This document shows positions 12,001-24,709 of a stretch of DNA of 64,000 nt, piece by piece. Source of the stretch: Ascidiella aspersa (lineage: Eukaryota); contig OZ004612.1 in the NCBI GenBank assembly GCA_963924565.1, positions 11,780,001-11,844,000 of the forward strand, in the 5' to 3' direction. How positions within the stretch are numbered: the stretch's first letter is position 1; every line of letters begins with the position of its first letter. Under the pieces are notes generated by a model, which searched no databases, had not been told where the DNA came from, and saw only the letters and a program-made list of their open reading frames with translations. A program made the translations under genes and the position numbers.

Positions 12001-15000
12001 GCAATTTTTGAGCGATTTGCGGAAACCCGATCCGTGAGCGCATAACTGCAGCAGCAAATGGCAGAAGCAATAGCAGCAGCGACGGTCGCTGTCTTCAGAG
12101 CTCTGCTGTGCGTTCCCACCTGGCCACTTACGCCCGTCGGCCTCTTAACCCAGTCTTGGCTCGGAACTCCGGCGGAAAGTTTTGCGATTCGTCACCGCGT
12201 CTAGTTATCGTCTCACACATAATGTACGCCCATTGTTTCGCAATCGATAAGTGGCCTTTGCGCGATTACGCGTCGTCGCCTCAATTTTCTGCCAATTGTT
12301 TCGGTTCGCATTCAGGCCCGGGGTGGGCCAATCCGGCTTCAAAGGCGCCGACGCCCCGCAATAAGCACGTTTGATATTCGAGACTCGCCACGAAACCGAC
12401 ACGAAAATCACCAGCCCCCCTTGTTTCTCCACCACCCCTCTTCTGAAGCTTTCTTCTCGCCGCAGTAAGGGGCACGACTTGGCCAGTTTTAGTTCCTATA
12501 ACGTCGGCCGCTTTTAACCTTAAGCAAGATGGATCAGTGCGACGCTTTCATGTGTGTACGGCAGCGGCCGCTCTGCGCTTTGCGTGACAGTTAACGTCCT
12601 ATAGGCAAAAGTAAAAGAAAAACGCGACACCCTAGGACTCAATCGTGCAGGCGCAGCAGGAAAAAACGCAAAGGAGTAAACACGGAGACCTGCGTCATTC
12701 CCTTCCGCAAAAAATGTCGATTCGACGCCGAGCCCCGAAACCGACTTGGCCGCAGCGAGTGCCAGGCGGGCGCGATAGGGATCGCTTGCAGCATCAACAT
12801 GCTAAAAAGCTTTTGAAGTGCCAGCGGGCTGCGCGTAAGAATGCACCCACCATCGCTGTTTTTGACTTGCGCCTGGGCTGCTGCTGTTTTGTTGTCGAAT
12901 ACTGGGGTTTGGCGAAAGGCTATAGTAAGACTGGTTAAGCGAGAGCGCTGTTGCGCGTGTTGTGGCGTATGCATATAATAAAGTCGATGGCTTGTTTACA
13001 ACAACCTGAAAGTGTTTCGTTTAATCAGTTCCGAACAAACCAGGTTTAAGCAGAAACCTGCGACTTTTTTTACAGTCCGTCATCTTTAACGGAACACTCT
13101 TGACCGTTGTTTTTTCCGCCTCGATTAAATTTAAAATTTCTCATTTGTCCCTGTCCATCCGCCGACAAACAAAAAGGATTTGAGCAAATTTACTCCATAA
13201 GTAACGCCTCACATATTATCTGGTGTGTGCGTTGCAGGTGGATTATAGCAGTCGAAAGGTCGACCACGGTGGTCAGTGCTTAAAACGCACCCGGCTATTT
13301 TTTTTGGGCCGTGCTTAAGGTCCGTTTTATGCTTGTTCAAAAAGAACACTTTACCTGTAATTTACTACTTCTACCGTAAAATTTACATAGAAAAATTCTG
13401 TCCGGCTGTATTTTTCGTATTTTAAACAACTGTAAATTGCCCTCACGCAAACTCTCTTTGAGTGAAAAAAAGAAGAAGGCTTGAAGTTCGTGTTTGCCAC
13501 AGATTCGCCCGCTACCGCTCTATAAGCCTATTATTGCACCACCACCTCTGCATGTAGATTTACGCGCAAGCGTTCCCAGGAAATCCGACTTTGTGCCAAC
13601 CACAAAGTCACCCCGCGTCACTTTGATCGAGCGCTTGCTGTTAACTTATTATTTTTTAAGGCGTAGCGACCGAAGTAATGCCTTCCGCTTGTTTAAATTG
13701 AGCATTTCCAACGCGTTTTGGCCAGTTGGCGAGAGTTCCTAATCAGATAGCGATATAGTCATTGTACGAAAGGCGCATGGTTAGAGCTTATTAATTCAAA
13801 GGCACATTTTTAGAACTACATTGCATATTGAAAATACTAAAACTGTCCCTAGCTCATATTTGATTCAATGACCAGAATTGACACTGACTTTTTATATGGG
13901 TTTATAATGCAACATCAACTTTATCACAGCTCAGCAATGTGACAATTACTTTATATGATACCCTGTGGACTAAGCACTTGTCTAACTGAAAGATGTTTGG
14001 TTTTGTACAAATATGACTTTAATATATAATATTTTTGCAGTGCGCTTGCCATCAAGAGATGAGAGCGTTGCATCTACGAATCAAACGCCGTCAAAGGAAC
14101 ACAAAGCGACAGACACAAGCGAAACGGTAATGGTATTCACATTTAACTTAAAAGCAGAACTTTTTTTGCCTTTAATTTCTACAATAATTTGCTTTTGTGG
14201 AAACTAACGTTGAAAAGGACGCTTGATTTTATAAATGTATGATTTTATCTTCGTATTGAATATGACTTTATTAAAGAATTACTTACTTTAAACATTTCAA
14301 AAATCAAAACTCGTAGATATAAGAATATTGTTTTTTTTTTAAATATTTTGGGGTTACCTGTCCACTTAAAGGGAAAGCCATTAATTAGACCTAAGATTAA
14401 AACTAAACTTAGCTTCTGTGTTTGATGCACAGGGCGACACCGAGTGGACGATATCCCTGGGCGACTCCAGCGCCAACAAGTCACGTGACGAGGTATGTAA
14501 CATTTGTAAAGTTATTTCTAAAACAAGATCTCGAACTTGGCAGAAACAAGCCTTGTGAAAGGTATTTGAACAGTATGAAAGGATTTATTATAGTCAGTTG
14601 GCCTAGATACCTAGCTGCTGTAAAATGGGCCGGAACCTCTTTTTTAATCATGGACCGATATTCTAGGTATACATACGTCGAAGGTTTCGCCGTCCCTCTA
14701 GCTTTAGACTGGAGCACTTTCGGCCGCCGTTTTGTTGCAATATATTATTTATTCGCGCGCCACGCTTTGCTTGCTTCGCGAGTGCCTTGCGTGTCTATAG
14801 GTGCCAAACCCTTTCGCGGGATTTTTGTTTGGGGTAAAGGGGTTGTGGTGGGCCCACCGGGGGCCCGTCGTCATCGAATTATTCGTGATCCATATAGGGT
14901 TGGGGACGTGCAAATTAAAATGCCTCCCGTTCCGGTCGAAATAGGCTTATGGTCGGACTTATAATGCCAACGCCGCTGATGTGCAATTTCAAGTTTTCTA

Positions 15001-18000
15001 AATTAAATTCTATGAGAATGACTAATGTTTTTACCCGTTCACAGTAATAAATAACAGCAATAATTAGTTAATATTACGAGTATTTTAGTTTAGTTTGCTT
15101 CATTTTAATTTTTTTGTGAGTAATGTTCGGGAATAGAATGTTTCATTGTAGGCAAACCTCCTTCTATGAAACTTTTATATGTGGGGCTGTTTCGAATAAA
15201 ATGTTTTAATCTGATTACTTTGATCGTATGATTTCTTGAAAATGGTGTCAGCACAATTTTCTGTAAATATCGCCCAGTTAAATATGGCGGCTTGTTTTAA
15301 AATCGATGTGAATTTTTGCGTCCTTTTCAAATCGCTCCTTTTAACAAACCTTGCTGGCTTCCAGCCTGTAGAGACCTAAAAGTCGTAATCTACCGCGCTA
15401 ATCTGGGTCTTACGAGATCAGAGCGGCGTCGGACCCGTTTAATGTGCGACCCGTCCTGTTGACTGAAGTCTGTTGAACGTTGCCAAACAATGATGCGGCC
15501 ACTGCACAGGACAGTCTGCGCGGCCTGCTCCAATATATAGGCCAGTATCTGTTTTTAATACTGAATTTTGTCTCTGTGTAGACCCCTTTGCCCTTGAGAG
15601 TTCCGTGATTGGTCGTGGACAAATTTTCCTTTAATCTTTATGCAACAAGGCGCGAGTAGTTAAAAATACACGATGTAGATTATAGTTGCGGCTTACAATG
15701 GCTAAGTATGGTACATCTGGGCGCGTGTCACTCGGGTTCGATTAAATTCCCGCACTCTGCCGTGCTGCTGTGCGGTTTCAGCCTGCGTTCTGATCCCGCG
15801 CACTTCAAACAATCTTCGTTGAGATTATTGCCTCGAGAGACGACGGGCGGCTTTTCGGGGCGGGACTCCCGCGAGTAAGTAAGCCAATATAGTATAGGTT
15901 ATTCGCAATTATTTTCTAAGAGCAGCAGAGTTTCGCGCGGGGGCTTCTGTAGGGCGGCTTTGCGCCCGGATGCGCCCCAGTGAGCGCGCGCTCGTGTCCG
16001 CCGCAATTAAACAATATCAGATCGATATTGGCGCGCGGTGGCAGCTCGTCGTCGTCTCTTGTATGCGAGCGGGAGCAGTTATTAAATATTGCCCACCTGG
16101 CCTAGCGCGCGCGCCAAATACATATAAAACACGGCGCCACAAAAGCCGTCATTGTGCTTGTGAAGGCAGCATGTCGCTGGCGGATCCCCGGGGACCATCT
16201 TCCGGAAATATTTTTTCCGCTTTCTTTTGGCTACACGCCTTCGGGGCGCTATTTGATGCCGACGCGAAGCGACCGATTCTTCTTTTTTTAATTATGTGTC
16301 TTTAATAGACGTAGTTTTGTATTAGCTTTAGGGCTTTGGGGTCGGCGAGTTCAAGATATGCAGACCTGTAATGTTGCACACAAACTGAAAGGACGAAAAG
16401 CGATTATTTGGCAATGATTTCATTGGCGCTAATTTTCATAACTTATATAAGCCGTATAGTTTAACTTATACAGTTGAATTTATTTGCTTAAAAAGGGCAC
16501 TTTTTTGAAACTTAAATTTTTTAAATTTAACATCTTTAAGAAGAAAAATTAGACTACAAATGTTTACAAACTAATATATGGTGTCTCGAAGCGCTTCCTC
16601 TGCCAAGGTTATCGTTTTGCTCTGTTTAGACATGCAGAACAATGAAGCCTTTTCAGTTAAATTTAAAAAACACTGTGCAAAGGGCCATTCGCAAAGTTTC
16701 CTATTTCCACAAAGATCTCCGATCGCCAATATTCTGTCAAACCTAAAACCTGGAACCGTAGTCGCGTGACGTATATATCGTCGACGGTGCGCGTCATCGT
16801 CAAGCGGCGAGTCACGAAAATCAGCGGGGCGAGCAAATCGCCTGTAATGAACGATAATCGAACGAAATTAGGCCGCGGTCTCTTACGGCGTGGTGAGCTG
16901 TTCGCCTTTCATCATTGCGGCCCTGAGCTCCGATCGGCGGTATTTAACTCGTAATTGCGCCCAGGACTCTTCCATTGCGCCGAGGCCTGTCGTTTCGGGA
17001 TGAGATCATCAGTTCGGGCTGTCACAATAAAGGGTTCGGGTCGGGAACTGTGATGTGGTTTCGACGCGGTTGCTGGCCGGGTGACGATTTGGCGCCCTTG
17101 AAAGCTTGAAAGCTCCCACTTTGCGTCGTTTGTTGTTCGATGCGAGATGCTAATCGCTCGCGACTTAAACTTACACGCTAAAATATGTTCGGTTGGCAGT
17201 TTAAATTTATCACTTTACGCTATGACAATATTTAAAGTTTTCCGAATCGTCCTGTTTTTTCGCAAAGAAAGCAAGCATTTAAAGGCAAATCTGAACTGAC
17301 ATGGTAAGGGTCGTAACTGTTATTGTTAAAACAAATTTTTGGTTATCAAGTGGTAATCTTTTTTACCTTTTTTTAAATCGTCTTCCATTTTTGTCCATAA
17401 CAATTATCTTAAAAACAACTTGAATCCCAAAGAAACACAACTCGAATTCTAAAAAAATGACTTATTACTTTATAGATTTCACTGAAGTGAAAAATAGATT
17501 TTCACTGAAGTCACACAACAACTTTAATTCTGGCAAATCAAGATGCGTTGCTATAATCTATAAAACCAGATTTTTAAAGACAACTTAAATTGACATTGGA
17601 AAATCAACATTGGCCAGTTTTCCGGACCGTAACTGTCTCGGCCAGCTTATTGCGTGCCTTCACACCCGCCTTAGTTTTCTGGATGGTTTCTGCTGCTTAC
17701 AGGCCCAATAAATTTTCCCAGGCTAATATGTTGAAGATCGAAAACAAATAAAGCTCGTCGTTTGGCGTGACGTAAACATGAAACGGACGGTCGAAGGGGC
17801 GAGGATTTTCTCCATGCAGCGTCCTACCAAATAACAGGCATAACGGTTGTCCGCCGCGAGAGTTACACGTTGCCGGGTTCACAGGCTGTGTGGGGTGAGG
17901 GGGCTTTACGCGCTGATTTATTTATTTTTTCGCTTGTCCAATGGCGTGACTAATACTTGGCGAACCGAGCCCGGCAAACGGGAAACTGGTTGGCGTCTAA

Positions 18001-21000
18001 TCGAATCTGGCGCTACTGTTTAACGTTAGTGTCAAGGACCACCTATACTATGGTTGCGCAAGTGCGTTTGGAGAATGATCGCTTCGCTTCCTTGGCGTAT
18101 GGAGCCTGCGTTCAGCACCGAGTAAAACTTGCCCATCAATGACCGTTGGACTCCGGCTATTTCCGTTTACTATGCCCGGGCCTTGCTCAAGCGGCTTCTA
18201 TTTGCCAAGGTCGGGTCGCACAAACAGAATTCTTTCGGAAAACAACAACTGATAGCGTGACGTAACAATTTGTTTTTGACCATACGTCACAAAAGCTAGG
18301 GGAATACCTAAAGTGGGTCAGTTAAACTATCCCCCTCTTAAAAGCGCCACGCGTTAATTTTAAAGGATTTAAGTACAAAGCATATAGTTTCAGTACAGGT
18401 ATCATTTTAGGCATTTTCTCCCGTTTATTAACGAAATACTAATTTGGTTACATATTGGGTTTATTGTTTTAATTTCCAGCAGAGTGTCTTTTTTATTTTT
18501 GGGGGATGTTTACCTCCTTGGCCGAAAACGTGACTGTTTCACACAAGTTAAATGCGACCTGCTATACAGTCTATGTTTTTGTACAATCTAATCGCCTAAT
18601 TTAACAAGCAGCACGACAAAGGGGCCGCAAAATATAGCCGACTTCTTTCCAAAGCGGCCTTGTAAAGTTGGCCTCTTACCGTCTCCGCTAAATCGTGAGA
18701 AGCGCGCCGCGCACTGCGGAGCCGCGTTCTTCCGAGGCCAAATGTATCCATTTCTCGAATCCGCTTATGTCCAAAACACGCTGTTGTTTACGCGAACTCC
18801 GCGCATCAGCCAAATCCGATTCCGCCACAAAGCAACGAAGGCCGACGCAGGCGACTAGAGGGTTGTGACGTCACGACAAGAAACACGCGCACTTGAAACA
18901 GCCAGTCGGTATTTTCTTGTAAAAGATTGACAAACAATTTACAAACAGCTTGTTGATAAAATGTTGGAAGACCCTGGTAAACTTTTGGCGGGTGTCGCCA
19001 CGGTAAAAGCTTAATATTCCGTAATCCAAAGTTGGCGCAAATAAACAGCGCTGCGCTAATGCGACAAAGTCGAAAGCGGACTTGGTTTTTCGTGAAATGC
19101 TTTTAAGACTTGTTTTCGTTTAAATAAGTCTAAACAAGCCGGTATAACTACTGTATTTACCTTTCATATTTTAACATAGGATATTTTGTCTGTTGTAGAG
19201 CGATTAGAGACCAACATAAAATGAAAACTTTGCGTAATCGCGTAAAAATGGTAAAAAAATTGATTTGTCCGCCATTTTGATCGAGCGTCCATTTCAGTCA
19301 TAACCTGAGCTTCTAAGCAATGTCCTACACCTACTTATGAACAGCTATGGACCCCTTTATAGTGTTATACGTGCATACATCGTTTTAACTACTTTCTGCT
19401 TCTTTGTTTTGATTCTGGTTGATTTTATTTACCCCAAACAAAAAATAAATTGTTAAGGAGCTGTATGAAAAATAGTTAACATACATAACTAAAAAAGTTA
19501 TTATCTATAAAAGTACATTTCCAAAAAAAAAAAAAAAAAAAAAACTGGAAACAAGTCTTATTGTCTACAACCAACAAGAAAAACTTAAACATAAAACAAG
19601 GGGGAAAAATAAATGGAGTATAGCTTGATTTTTATTCATATCTTCCATTTGTATTTTCCAGCAACTGCTGCGACTCATGTCTTCGATAAGAGATGCCCTA
19701 AACACCGGAATGGACCAGTGCCCCTCCGGGAACCAGCGCGTCAGAGTACGCCTTTCCGTCACCCCGGAGCGCCATTCGCGCTCGCGACTCGTCCCCCAAA
19801 ACGATGACGTCACGCAATCGTTACGTCACAGGTCGCCGTCGCGTGGCGCAGAAAACGAGGAGGACAAGTTGTCATCTCCCTCTGCGCATCGGAACAGTAC
19901 GCGAAGGTAAAACTCATGCGTGTTTTTATGATGGTACATGTAGTCATTAATTAAATGTCCAATCTATTTTATTGGCATTTCACAAAAAGGCAATTTCACA
20001 GAATGTTGTGACTCGAACGAATACAGTAGGATCAGCAATTGCGATAATCTTCTTTGACTTTTCATTTGTTTTTGGACTCTTTTGCTTTTGCTAAATAATC
20101 GTGACAAAAACGGGAAACTTTCGCCAAATTAATAGACGTGAAAGGCTCACGGGGTCAATTTCCCTTTCTATTTTAAGCTATTTAATTTAGAGAGCGAGAA
20201 ACCTGGGAGCGAACATGTTGCGGAGTCGCGTCGGCTAACGTCTGGAAAACGACGCCCCTGACGGTGTTGGGTTGTTCCGTTTCGCAGCAGTTTCGCGGTA
20301 TCGCTTGCTTTCCCGGGGCGCCTAATTGCTTTCCCGCAGCTTTGAACACGACGCGCGTCGTCTGTGCATGAAGTCGCTTTACAGACTGTTTAAATTCAAC
20401 TCTTTGATTCCCCTTACAGTTCGTTCCCATAAGGCAGTCATTCTCAACCGGGGTGCATTTCTAATGCTCAAGGGTGTCGAGAGATATTTGAGAATCTTTA
20501 AGAATCTGATTTTTGCTCAACTCTTACAACTTTTTTGTAAAGATTAGAGTGAAACAAATCCAAATACAACTTCCCACGTTATGTAGGTTTGATGTGTGTT
20601 GTTACAGTTCCGTTTATCCCGAAACTCTACTGAATTACCTACGGAAAAATCTTGTAGGGGTACCGCAATCTATTTGTTATTTCAAAGGGGTGCCACTAGC
20701 CATAAAAGGTTGAGAAAAACTGCCATAAGGTATAAGGCTACGCGATTTTGTATCGTTTATTGACCAAATTTTCTTTCAAAATTTAGCTGATTTGCCAGGG
20801 GGTGCCAAAACGTGAGTAAAACGGGGTCGCACGCTTTTGACGGCCCCGTGTAAGGCGACCCGGCTGCGTCGGCCCGCTCCGTCGCGGTCGCAGGGTCGCC
20901 GCCTAATTTCCAGACGCCTGGCGGGATTAGCGCAAAGGCAAAAGCAAACTTTTACCGCAAAGGCAGCAGTTATGCCAGCCCCCCTCAACACACACACAAA

Positions 21001-24000
21001 CCGCCAGAACAGCAAGCCAGCGTTCCAAGTGTCGCTCATGGAAGGAAGAGGCACGTCCGTTCCGCAGTGTCCGATTTCCCGCCGCTGAAGCGACCCAGAC
21101 CAAACAACGTTGAGCCGTGCGGCAGACGGCAAACGTCGAGGGGAGGCTTTGTCGTTTCCGCATCCGCTTGGTTGAGTAGTGTACTCGGCTTGATCGCACA
21201 GTCCCCTCTCGTAGAGCTCCAATTGTTTCTGTGTATTTTTGAGCACTTTGGTCCCAGGTCAAAGGTTTGATCCTACACGAGTTGGTCTAAGTTTGTCATG
21301 TTTACTATTTCACCGAATTTAGTCCGACATGTTTTAAAAACTGTTTAGTTTACCTTCGTTCGGGCATTAGTGGGGACATACTGAATCATTGTGAATCAAT
21401 TCAAAACAACACAGGCAATTTGCATTATAAATATGGAACCTGAAAGTAGTAAAATACTCAGTCTGTCCTTAAAATGACGACTATAGGCACATAACGTCAA
21501 CCAAGGTCAAGATAGAATATCCGTCCAATCAATTACGACTTTGCGCAGGGAAGTAACCATAGTCTTCCCAGCGTCCATGAACATTCAAGCATAATTTCTA
21601 CGGCTTGACGCGTCTGTCAGAGCTTGCTGTTGGCAGATACGTGCCGGTTTCCTCTGCTTTTTTAGCCCTTGCTGCTTCGTCGCACAGCATGCATATAGGG
21701 CTTATGTGCCGCTTAGACGCACGTACGTCTATGAGTCTGTTTGCTGAAAAAGAAGTTTTTCTCTGACGGTACAACATAAGTTGACCAACGCACACGCGTA
21801 CGACAGCGGGAAGAGCAATTGCTGCCTGAGATTTAATTAGGCCACGCGTTTCTCTTTTGCCATAAGGTTGCCATGACAGTTAGGTAGGTTTGTTCTGCAT
21901 TGAACGTTCGGATTCATCAATTAGCGAAACCGCTGATAAGTTTGTAGGACAATCGATTCCTTTTTCAATAGTTGAGGTTGAAATAATAACTACTCTTTTA
22001 AGGGTAAGCGAATACAGGCAAACCTAAAGTTGTTACATGTACAAGAACAAACACTCTTTCCCAGCTTTAAGTATTTTTAGCGCCGTCGACCGACAAGGAG
22101 CGCCTGTCCCAAATCATGCAGCAAGACACAAAAACAAGTGCCGTTTTCGCATTTGGCTGATTTAATGCCGCCTGCGCCCTGCCTTTCATAATCTGATCGC
22201 GAGCTTCCCGAAATTGCGCAGCGCAAAAAGGCTAAGGGTCCGTTTGAAGGCATCGGCACGCCGACAGCCGTAATTTCGAGCGACGACCTGGCGCGTAATG
22301 CACGTCAAATTGCATCCCTGGCCTGCCCAAGGCGGCAATGTACTGGATCGCCTTTCATCGCGTCTCTGAGCATTTATCTCGATTCAGATTCCGATACGTC
22401 AGGCGGGCTTTTCGGCATTGCGGCTGTTGTTTTTGCGCGCTTCTTTTCGTAGGAGATGCTTGGGTTTGATATCGGCTCTCGGCCCTTTTCCGACAATTTT
22501 CGCCCCCGTCTTTGAACGCGACCCCTCCCTCCCCCGACAAAAAGCACCGCCGTTCCGGTGGCACCGAGATTTGCCGAACAAACATGGCTTCGCGCGCTTT
22601 ATCTTGTTTGTTCTGGCCTCTTTTTCTGCGATTCCTCAAAGCGCCCCGCTCCCATTATGACGCGACGCGATGCAATATCGCAGCGACATCTTCGCAGTTG
22701 GAATTGCCGGAGACCGCGTAATGCACCTCTTTGTTGCCTGTTGCGCGATCTCCTTAAACCGCTCTTGTACGTAACAGTCGTTAACAAGTTGGGAGAACGA
22801 GTATACCGTTTATCATAGGAGCCATGGAAAATGAGCCTGTTTATTCAGGAAACACTTTTATACAGAAAGACTATAGAAAGGAATTGTTATGAGTTTTAAT
22901 ATATTTTTTCCGAAAGGCAAAATATCAACCTGTTTTGAATGAAAAGCGCCTAAATAAAGAAACCAATATTAAACCTCAAATAATTTGTCTCAGTTGGGCC
23001 ACTAATAATATAGCACCCATTTGCCAGACAATAGGCACAAATCTATTTCCCTTGCTCTTTTAAAAAATGATCGTAAGAATGCAACATTAAACGTCACAAA
23101 CCGCGTCACACGGACTGCATGACGTCACAAACTTTAATAAATTCATATGTGCGAAAATCATTCTCGTCGTATGGAATCCGGGCGCCCTAAGGGATCACGA
23201 AAGTCGGCCATTACTCAAACGCACATAGCGCTTCTGGTTTGCATGCATTTCTAATGGAGTAATGCTGTTACAAAGCGCGTATCGCCAGCCGTAATCAATC
23301 CGGCCCGGTTCTGAACGAAATCACAACGACTGTACGGTAGCCTCGCTTATTTCTTTGGCGAATTTTCGACCCAGCCTCGTTGCGTATCGCTTTTACCCGA
23401 GAAGATTACGCCGCCCTGGAGATCACAATCTTAGCCCAGGAAAAACAACTCGGCCGGGCGCACTGCGCCTTTCCCTGCAAATCGCGTCAGCGGTCAAGGT
23501 TTATTTATGTTGTGAGGGCGAGCGGACAATTGGCTTTGCGCCGCATGATGAAAGACGCAAATGACGCCAAAATAAACTTGTCGCCCGAAGGGTATGGTAA
23601 TCTCTTGTCGTGGTCTTGGCCTCCGATTAGACCCGGTTTGTTTGTTTACTTCATTTGTCTTCATGAAACATGGACGTGTGCTGTTTTAAATAGTAGACCC
23701 ATTAGTTTGTTTCAAGTGTCCGCTCGTTTTATTTTTTATTTTATAAACTGTAAATTCCTATAGTTTTAAGTGCAATAGAATTTTAACGGCAATTATTCCT
23801 TTCAGGTCACCTTCGCCTCCACACGAAAGCAACCGCGTCGTCGCCAAGTCCACGACTAGCGACCGACGAAAGCACTATCGACAAATACCCGGCGATGAGC
23901 GCGATGGATCTCCCTGCACAAAGCCGACGGCAATGCAGCCTAAGAGCAGGTCACGATCTCGCGAGCGCCACCGCGTGTGCCCTTCCAGGCACCACCGCCC

Positions 24001-24709
24001 GTGCAAGGGCGCCGGTGAAAGACACAAACATACAAGCAGCAACAGCAGACGTTGTCGATCCGCATTCGACCAGCGCTTTCAGGAGGCTATGTTTCTCAAG
24101 CTTAGCGAACTGCAGCGCCAAACCGACAAGGAAGCGGCCGAACTAGCCGCCGCCGGTGGGCGCTCGTGCGTCTCACTGAGCAGCTCAGAAAGCTCAGATT
24201 CGGAATACAGCGGCGAAGAGGACGGCCACGTGCTCGGAGGTCCAAGGTCACCCGGTTCAAACGCGACCAATCAGGTGACGCGTATCTTCGAACCGCTTAG
24301 CAGCGACGCGTTGGAGGTCATCGCAAAGGGCAACGAGACGCAGGTTGAGCAGGAAACTGGCAAGCCGCTCGTATCGCATCACCTACACAGACACGAGAGC
24401 GGCGTCGGCGGCGTCGCGACGCCCTTGGCTCCCTGGGAGCGAAGGCAACCGAACTCAGGCTTAAACGCGCGACGAAAACTGACTAAAACGCGCAAAAAGT
24501 CGGCGTCAAATCCACCGGGAAAGTCCCCGCACCACGGCTACATGCGCCTGGCGCCGGGCGCGGCCTTTCCCCACACCCCCAGGCTGGACGCGGCGGCGCC
24601 TCCGGCCTCTGGCGACGGGAAATCCCCGGAGGCGGCGGCGGTGCAGCGCCACCGGCACGAACACATACACCACCACTATTATTATGATAATTGCAGCGGC
24701 GCGAGCTAG
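8907..24709 (+). CDS. nkd: Naked cuticle homolog (Wnt/Dishevelled antagonist), 5'-partial; exons 8907-9000, 14041-14126, 14433-14492, 19662-19906, 23806-24709
   Basis: Five GT-AG exons join in frame (junction phases 1,0,0,2). Peptides VRLPSRDE (cf. NKD1 VALPPEK), EWTISLGD, LMSSIRDALNTGMDQCPSGNQRVRVRLSVTPE (cf. EFX LMHTIYEVVDASVNHS..KTLRVKLTVSPE), KSRSRSRE and C-terminal VQRHRHEHIHHHYYY match Nkd. Exon boundaries resemble vertebrate NKD1 exons 4-7. The N-terminal MG exons are not in the window. Confidence 0.88.
14041..14126 (+). CDS. nkd: nkd internal exon (VRLPSRDE...TSET)
   Basis: tttttgcag| acceptor, ACG|gtaatg donor, phase 1 to 0. Confidence 0.78.
14433..14492 (+). CDS. nkd: nkd EFX exon (GDTEWTISLGDSSANKSRDE)
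   Basis: gcacag| acceptor, GAG|gtatgt donor, 60 nt, phase 0-0; aligns to QEWTFTLYDFDxxGKVTRE. Confidence 0.75.
19662..19906 (+). CDS. nkd: nkd exon carrying the C-terminal half of EFX
   Basis: ttttccag| acceptor, AG|gtaaaa donor; RVRVRLSVTPE motif. Confidence 0.88.
20435..20722. mobile_element. hAT (Buster/Charlie-type) MITE
   Basis: TIR CAGTcaTTCTCAACC...GGTTGAGAAaaACTG, perfect 8-bp TSD CCATAAGG. Confidence 0.88.
23806..24709 (+). CDS. nkd: nkd terminal exon with His-rich tail
   Basis: tcctttcag| acceptor in frame with ORF 23933-24709; RSRSRE and HRHEHIHHH motifs; TAG stop. Confidence 0.9.

Noticed and set aside
19523-19544. A22 homopolymer as a retroposon tail
   Set aside because: No recognisable element body or TSD
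105-23763. Dozens of 60-180 aa ORFs in the GC-rich nkd introns (e.g. 623-1000, 14422-14964, 20776-21246)
   Set aside because: No recognisable domains, many non-ATG starts, overlap on both strands; expected by chance in GC-rich non-coding DNA
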